DNA of 40,012 nucleotides from a bacterium (GTDB taxonomy: Bacteria > Patescibacteriota > Patescibacteriia > JAZDEU01): the NCBI GenBank assembly GCA_043800435.1, contig JAZDMY010000043.1:1-40012 (forward strand), given 5' to 3'. Positions 35,471 to 40,012 of the stretch are shown here, in pieces. The notes below the pieces were generated by a model that was not told the origin of the DNA, searched no databases, and worked only from the letters and a program-made list of their open reading frames with translations. Numbering within the stretch: the first letter of the stretch is position 1; every line of letters begins with the position of its first letter. A program made the translations under genes and the position numbers.

Positions 35471-36104
35471 ATGTCTCCTCCAAATATGTTTGAATGGCGT
35501 GGGTTCCAAAGCGAACAAGTTGATTGAGAATTGCTTGTCGCTCACTGTCTGGCAGATGCAGATCAGGAAGTAAATCACGGATGCGAAATAATGAAAATAA
35601 CTTGAGGTTCATATCATCCTTGAGAGTTTCAATAATTGCATCTCCTGCGGGACTAACTTCTTCCCTGTCAAAGAAACGAATGACCGCGGTTGGTTGTACT
35701 CCGGCATTGTAAAGTGTTTGATGAGCCCATTTGATGGTTTTTCCTGTCGTAACGGCATTATCTGCAATGATTGCAGTACGAACATCAGGAGTCGCAAAAA
35801 TTGGTTGCACATCACTGTAAGGATTCAATGTCGCAATACTTACGCCATGCATCACTCGAGACAAACCATTGAAGACCGCTTGGGCAATCGGAAGACCGCT
35901 CCGAGCAATACCAAACACGCATGGAGCGGACCATGTATCCCATGGTAGTATCTCAACCGCGCGATCAGCCAACATGATCAGCACATCATCAGTGATGGTA
36001 GTCGGGAACTTCACAGAGTATGGAGATGGTCTACCCCCCTTCAGGGTTGTCTGACTAAACATGTATGCTCCGCACTGACTAAGCTTCTGAACTATATTTA
36101 TCAT
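35415..36104 (-). CDS. type I phosphoribosyltransferase, orotate-PRT (PyrE)-like but with altered catalytic motifs
   Basis: GAYMFSQTTLKGGRPSPYS (compare PyrE FGEFTLKSGRKSPYF, from memory) and PRPP loop AIIADNAVTTGKT. The C-terminal region is collinear with PyrE. I place the start at ATG 36104 behind AAGGTGG; the ORF track starts it at 36131. Confidence 0.7.
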   Translation of the reverse strand: MINIVQKLSQCGAYMFSQTTLKGGRPSPYSVKFPTTITDDVLIMLADRAVEILPWDTWSAPCVFGIARSGLPIAQAVFNGLSRVMHGVSIATLNPYSDVQPIFATPDVRTAIIADNAVTTGKTIKWAHQTLYNAGVQPTAVIRFFDREEVSPAGDAIIETLKDDMNLKLFSLFRIRDLLPDLHLPDSERQAILNQLVRFGTHAIQTYLEETYVFQNNAWAIRREDSAKS

Positions 36105-36286
36105 TATTAACCACCTTTCAGTTATTTCCAATAGACTTGTTGCGCATTAATTCACTTGGCTAATTTTAGTAAAACGATTAAGTATTTTTATTTATTTTTT
36201 AGCTAAAATTAGATAAAAAATGAAATTTTTACAAAAATTAGTGTTTTATTCCGCAGCAAGGCTAATGAATATTTTCAATGAGCATA

Positions 36287-36315
36287 GTGACATCTTAGAA
36301 TGAATGTGCTATATT
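36287..36315 (+). promoter_or_regulatory. sigma70-like promoter candidate for the HD-MBL pair
   Basis: GTGACA (36287-36292), a 17-nt spacer, then TATATT (36310-36315). The predicted start site would fall at or next to ATG 36323, giving a possibly leaderless mRNA. Confidence 0.3.
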
Positions 36316-36874
36316 GTCAATTATGATAAGAGGCAAGCAGTTAAATGAATTATTTAATAAAATGACGCCTGCACAAAAAAATTTTTGTGCAATGGTTATC
36401 AAGGAAAATGCGTCAAAATTTTACAGTGCTCCCGGTGGTCTTTATAAACATCAAAACTGGGAAGGCGGCTATCATGATCACGTGGTTGAAACCATGGCAA
36501 TTGCAACGTTACTATACCAAGGGCTCTCTCAATATAGGCCACTTCCATTTACGCTTGCGGAATCCCTATATCTTATCTTTATCCATGATCTGGAAAAAAT
36601 GTTTATCTTAACGATTTCTAAAAATGGTAAGCCAATAAAAATTCAAACTGAAATAAAAGGGCAATCTTCATTTGAGAAAACAATGGAAATGCTCGATAAG
36701 TACCATCTTAAACTATCCAAAAAACATGTTAACGCGCTTAAATACTGTCATGGGGAAAATGAAGATTATCACCCGACTAAAAAGATAATGAACCCACTGG
36801 CAGCATTTATTCATTGCTGTGACACTATTAGCGCACGAATCTGGTATCAATATCCTAAGCATAAACGTAGTTAA
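36314..36874 (+). CDS. HD-domain metal-dependent phosphohydrolase
   Basis: Pattern APGGLYKHQNWEGGYHDHVVETM ... IFIHDLEK ... HG ... CCDTISAR (H...HD...D). The true start may be ATG 36323 rather than TTG 36314. Confidence 0.7.
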   Translation: MSIMIRGKQLNELFNKMTPAQKNFCAMVIKENASKFYSAPGGLYKHQNWEGGYHDHVVETMAIATLLYQGLSQYRPLPFTLAESLYLIFIHDLEKMFILTISKNGKPIKIQTEIKGQSSFEKTMEMLDKYHLKLSKKHVNALKYCHGENEDYHPTKKIMNPLAAFIHCCDTISARIWYQYPKHKRS

Positions 36875-36929
36875 TATACCATTATAAACATGGTTCAATA
36901 AAATACCGTTCTTTAAAAATGGAGGAAAT

Positions 36930-37607
36930 ATGAAAATTACAAAATACGCACAGTCATGCTTTTTGTTTGAGTACCAACAGGGAACGACCGTTCTGGTTGA
37001 TCTTGGTAAGTACAGTACGATCGGGGGCGACCTGCCGAATCGACTGGCAATGCCAACATTGTTCATAGTAACACATGGGCACGAAGATCATTATTATCCT
37101 GACATCATTCGGGCTGTATTGCCGTTTAAGCATGACATCGTCATTCATACTAACGAGATATTGGCTGCTCAAATAGCCCAAGATGGTTTTAAACCGGTCC
37201 CAGTCACTATTGGAACAAAGTTTATATCCAGTGAGCTGCAAGTAATGCCGCTCCGAACCGATCACGTAGTATGGGACAAAGTCGTACCAAATTTTGGCTT
37301 CTTGATTCATTCCACTGAATTAATCCTATATTATGCCAGCGACACTCGATATATAGAGCCGGATATACTCAATCTAGGATGTGAAATTGATTTGTTGATT
37401 ATTCCAATCAGTAATCGTGGACTCGTCATGGGTATGGATGATGTAATTATGTTTGCATCTAAAATCCACCCTAAAGTCGTTATTCCGATGCATTACGATA
37501 GCCCAAAAGATAAGGGCAGAGTTAATCCTAATTGTTTTGCAACGTTGGCTAGAAAGGCTGGGCTAAATGTCAAAGTAATTAAAAACGGAAAAACCGCAAT
37601 TTTCTAA
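36930..37607 (+). CDS. metallo-beta-lactamase-fold hydrolase (small UlaG/YtkL-like type)
   Basis: VTHGHEDHYYPD (HxHxDH), a downstream D/H ligand (ASDTRY) and PMHYD. GGAGG lies 6 nt upstream of the ATG. Confidence 0.8.
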   Translation: MKITKYAQSCFLFEYQQGTTVLVDLGKYSTIGGDLPNRLAMPTLFIVTHGHEDHYYPDIIRAVLPFKHDIVIHTNEILAAQIAQDGFKPVPVTIGTKFISSELQVMPLRTDHVVWDKVVPNFGFLIHSTELILYYASDTRYIEPDILNLGCEIDLLIIPISNRGLVMGMDDVIMFASKIHPKVVIPMHYDSPKDKGRVNPNCFATLARKAGLNVKVIKNGKTAIF

Positions 37608-37797
37608 ATCAGGGGCGTAACACTTTTGTCACGCCTTTGCCAATATATATCTTTTTTAATAATTCCATAGGTGAATGAGAAAATCCTCCCTTGAAAATTT
37701 TTCGGCAACCTATATTTAAGGCTGGGGTGTGTCGCATAGTTTTTTACGACATACTCCAAGCCGTTTTTAATTTTTGCGCAAAAAACTATAATGGGCG

Positions 37798-37930
37798 TGT
37801 CGCCGAATGCCAATTTGTGTCATTCTGAGCGACGGAGGAGCGAATAATCCCAGAGTTTTTTCTCTTAACCACAGGATACTTCATTCGTCTTAGGCTTGTT
37901 CAGGATGACGCTTTTGGGTATTCGGCGACA
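37798..37930. repeat. MITE-like long imperfect palindrome (GTCATTCTGAGC ... GTTCAGGATGAC family)
   Basis: The left arm is TGTCGCCGAATGCCAATTTGTGTCATTCTGAGC. The reverse complement of the right arm is TGTCGCCGAATACCCAAAAGCGTCATCCTGAAC, about 25 of 33 matches by hand. The core is related to 39282-39392 in opposite orientation. Confidence 0.65.
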
Positions 37931-38019
37931 GTCCTCGTATAAAAATTACTTGGTGTTTTTTAGTGGTCATATTTATTGTATTTTAGGTGATTATGTGTTA
38001 AATTTATTATATCAAATAT

Positions 38020-39267
38020 ATGACTTTAGCGCAAACCATCACAACCTCATATAATTCATTAACGAAGCAAAAAATGAGAAGTTTTTTGACTATTTTAGCT
38101 GTAGCTGTAGGAATAGGCATTGTTATTATTGTTCTGTCTTCGGGCGCGGGGATGGAAAAATTTATTTCAAATCAATTAGATTCTTTTGGCACGGATTTAA
38201 TTGAAGTGGAAGTAAAAGTTCCGAGCACGAAACAGGCATCTGTCGCGAACGCTGCCGGCCAGGCAATGGGCATAACAATTACTACATTAAAGTCTGATGA
38301 TATGGATGCCGTGATGAAATTGCCTAATATTAAAAATGGATATTCAATGGTCATGGGGCAGGATTTAGTAAATTATCAAAATGAGAGCAAAAAAGTTATG
38401 CTTATGGGCGTGAGCCCGCAGGCATCGATCGTTGATAAGGCGACAAAGCTTGCCGAAGGAGATTTTATTACTGAAGAAGATGACAAAGGACTCGCGCAGG
38501 CAGCGGTGTTAGGTTTTAAAGTTAAAGAGAAACTTTTTGGCGATGATGATGCAATCGGGAAATATATAAAAATAAAAAGAAAAAATTTTCGTGTGAGCGG
38601 TGTATTAGAAAAAAGAGGGGCGATGATGGGAATGGATTTTGATAATTTAATTTATGTTCCATTAAAAACATTGCAAAAAAAAATATTGGGCATTGAACAC
38701 GTAAGCGCCATATTTATGCAAGTTGCCGATATGGATTTAGTTAATGCGACTAAAGAGGATATAGAAATTTTGCTTAGAGAGAGGCATAATATCAGCGATC
38801 CAACGAAAGACGATTTCGCAGTTATGTCTATGCTTGAGGCAAAGGAAATGATGGATAAAGTTTTCGGCGGAATTACTTTATTGCTTTTGGCGCTTGCGGC
38901 GATTTCTCTTGTTGTCGGCGGCGTGGGAATTATGAATATTATGTATGTAAGCGTTGTGGAACGCACTTATGAAATAGGACTAAGGAAAGCATTAGGTGCT
39001 AAAAATAATGATATTATGAGGCAATTTTTATTTGAGGCGCTGCTTCTTACTTTAACAGGCGGAATAGTCGGAATCTTAGGCGGGCTTTCTCTTACATTTT
39101 TAGTCTCCGTAATCGCTAAAATGAAAAATTTTGACCTGCCTTTTGTAATATCCTTTAATTCATTATTAGTCGGCGTCGGTTTCTCAGGTCTTATGGGGCT
39201 ATTCTTTGGCATTTACCCTGCGAAAAAGGCGGCAACGCTTGATCCGATAGTGGCATTGACTAAATAG
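38020..39267 (+). CDS. ABC transporter permease (MacB/FtsX family), full length
   Basis: Same architecture as 27981-29222: N-terminal TM, periplasmic domain, ERTYEIGLRKALGA, and C-terminal TMs ending YPAKKAATLDPIVALTK. Confidence 0.85.
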   Translation: MTLAQTITTSYNSLTKQKMRSFLTILAVAVGIGIVIIVLSSGAGMEKFISNQLDSFGTDLIEVEVKVPSTKQASVANAAGQAMGITITTLKSDDMDAVMKLPNIKNGYSMVMGQDLVNYQNESKKVMLMGVSPQASIVDKATKLAEGDFITEEDDKGLAQAAVLGFKVKEKLFGDDDAIGKYIKIKRKNFRVSGVLEKRGAMMGMDFDNLIYVPLKTLQKKILGIEHVSAIFMQVADMDLVNATKEDIEILLRERHNISDPTKDDFAVMSMLEAKEMMDKVFGGITLLLLALAAISLVVGGVGIMNIMYVSVVERTYEIGLRKALGAKNNDIMRQFLFEALLLTLTGGIVGILGGLSLTFLVSVIAKMKNFDLPFVISFNSLLVGVGFSGLMGLFFGIYPAKKAATLDPIVALTK

Positions 39268-39281
39268 TATAATGTCCACAT

Positions 39282-39392
39282 CGTCATCCTGAACGACCAC
39301 GCATCCAGTGCGGGGGAGTGAAGGATCCCGTGGTTAAGCAGAAAAACTCTGGGATTCTTCGCCCTCCTGGCGCTCGGGCTCAGAATGACGCG
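39282..39392. repeat. second copy (inverted) of the GTCATYCTGA... palindromic element
   Basis: Its reverse complement shares several blocks with 37817-37912: GTCATTCTGAGC, GCGAA(T/G)AATCCCAGAGTTTTT, CTTAACCAC(A/G)GGAT(A/C)CTTCA and GTTCAGGATGAC. Confidence 0.65.
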
Positions 39393-39480
39393 ACTATTTC
39401 ATCAGGCACTAAGTAAGCTATTCCTTGAACTGCGAGAAAATAGTTTTAGAAAAGTACCTGCCTGCCTCTGGTAGGAAATT

Positions 39481-39894
39481 TTATTTTACTATATTTTTTA
39501 AGATAAGATCAGGCAAAATTTTATTCTTAATTATCGGTGAAAGTCGAGGATGAGACAAGTCATCCTTGCCAATCCAATGAAACTTAATTATTTCAGCAGA
39601 TGGTTTGGGCTCGCCAATAATATTACCTTCGTATAGCTTTATAGAAACATCTTTTGTTAAATCGCCTGCCGCAACATCAACATACTCGTTTATATATCGA
39701 AGACTTGTCTCATCCAACTTTACAGCAAGTTCTTCATTTATTTCTTCGACAAGGCATTCAATATCACTTTCGCCTTCATTTAACTGACCACCCGGCATTA
39801 TAAAATCAGAAGTGAAGTTATCCTTCTCACACACTAAAAATTTTGTCTGATCGTCGTTGAGTAATAACAAACCGATTTTATTGAAATAAGCCAT
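39481..39894 (-). CDS. NUDIX-domain protein (degenerate Nudix box)
   Basis: GGQLNEGESDIECLVEEINEELAV matches G-x5-E-x7-(R)E-x2-EE-x-G except at the R position. 137 aa. Confidence 0.65.
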   Translation of the reverse strand: MAYFNKIGLLLLNDDQTKFLVCEKDNFTSDFIMPGGQLNEGESDIECLVEEINEELAVKLDETSLRYINEYVDVAAGDLTKDVSIKLYEGNIIGEPKPSAEIIKFHWIGKDDLSHPRLSPIIKNKILPDLILKNIVK

Positions 39895-40012
39895 AGATTA
39901 TGGTTAAAAATAAAATTTTATTTCGCACATCAGGGATAAAAGAAGTTTTCTTGAGCGTAGCGGAGCAAGTTTGAGAACCTGCTTTATATTTTAAAAGGCA
40001 CGCCATTAATCC

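Noticed and set aside
35524-36054. Short plus-strand ORFs (35524-35712, 35694-35948, 35869-36054) and minus-strand ORF 35609-35815 within the PRT gene region
   Set aside because: They overlap a PRT-fold gene with clear motifs. They are Arg/Ser/Cys-rich, as expected for off-frame translation of GC-richer DNA.
37604-37813. 69-aa minus-strand ORF in the spacer after the MBL gene
   Set aside because: It starts inside the palindromic element and overlaps the MBL stop. It has no RBS and no recognisable motif, so I treat it as non-coding spacer.
37798-39392. The palindromic elements as integron attC sites flanking a cassette
   Set aside because: The ends read GTTCAGG / CCTGAAC rather than the GTTRRRY / RYYYAAC core. 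No intI gene or attI site is in the window.

Overview
AT-rich, densely packed bacterial window. Native genes almost all lack Shine-Dalgarno motifs and end in TAA or TAG. Most long spacers hold GC-rich hairpin repeats, and some of these repeats sit in frame inside housekeeping genes. This style fits a small-genome uncultivated bacterium (Patescibacteria/CPR-like), but the taxon cannot be proven from sequence alone.

Content from left to right:
- NYN-domain fragment, then a GNAT / SAM-methyltransferase / GtrA / Nudix / UDP-glucuronate-decarboxylase-like cluster.
- TatD and tRNA-Pro(GGG).
- UvrD-type helicase fused to a Cas4/AddB-type Fe-S nuclease, then cysteine desulfurase and RlmN.
- A 751-aa membrane protein, a wHTH regulator, TsaB, an S8 peptidase with FG-GAP repeats, and an amino-acid permease.
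- An exopolysaccharide locus: processive GT2 synthase, heparinase-II/III-like plus NodB-deacetylase fusion, GlmU-like nucleotidyltransferase and Dpm1-like GT2. Three reading frames in this locus are each broken at an A9-A10 tract.
- A MacB-type ABC ATPase and permease set, and a complete IS with a 5-bp target duplication.

The most interesting region is a ~4.7-kb compositionally foreign island (about 32.93-37.61 kb). It is wedged between a truncated and a full-length copy of one ABC-permease gene. It encodes only nucleotide-acting folds: Nudix, Pol-beta nucleotidyltransferase, P-loop kinase, PyrE-like phosphoribosyltransferase, HD and MBL hydrolases. I cannot match that gene set to any described system. 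It is my top candidate for a novel nucleotide-based module (defence, signalling, or non-canonical nucleotide metabolism).
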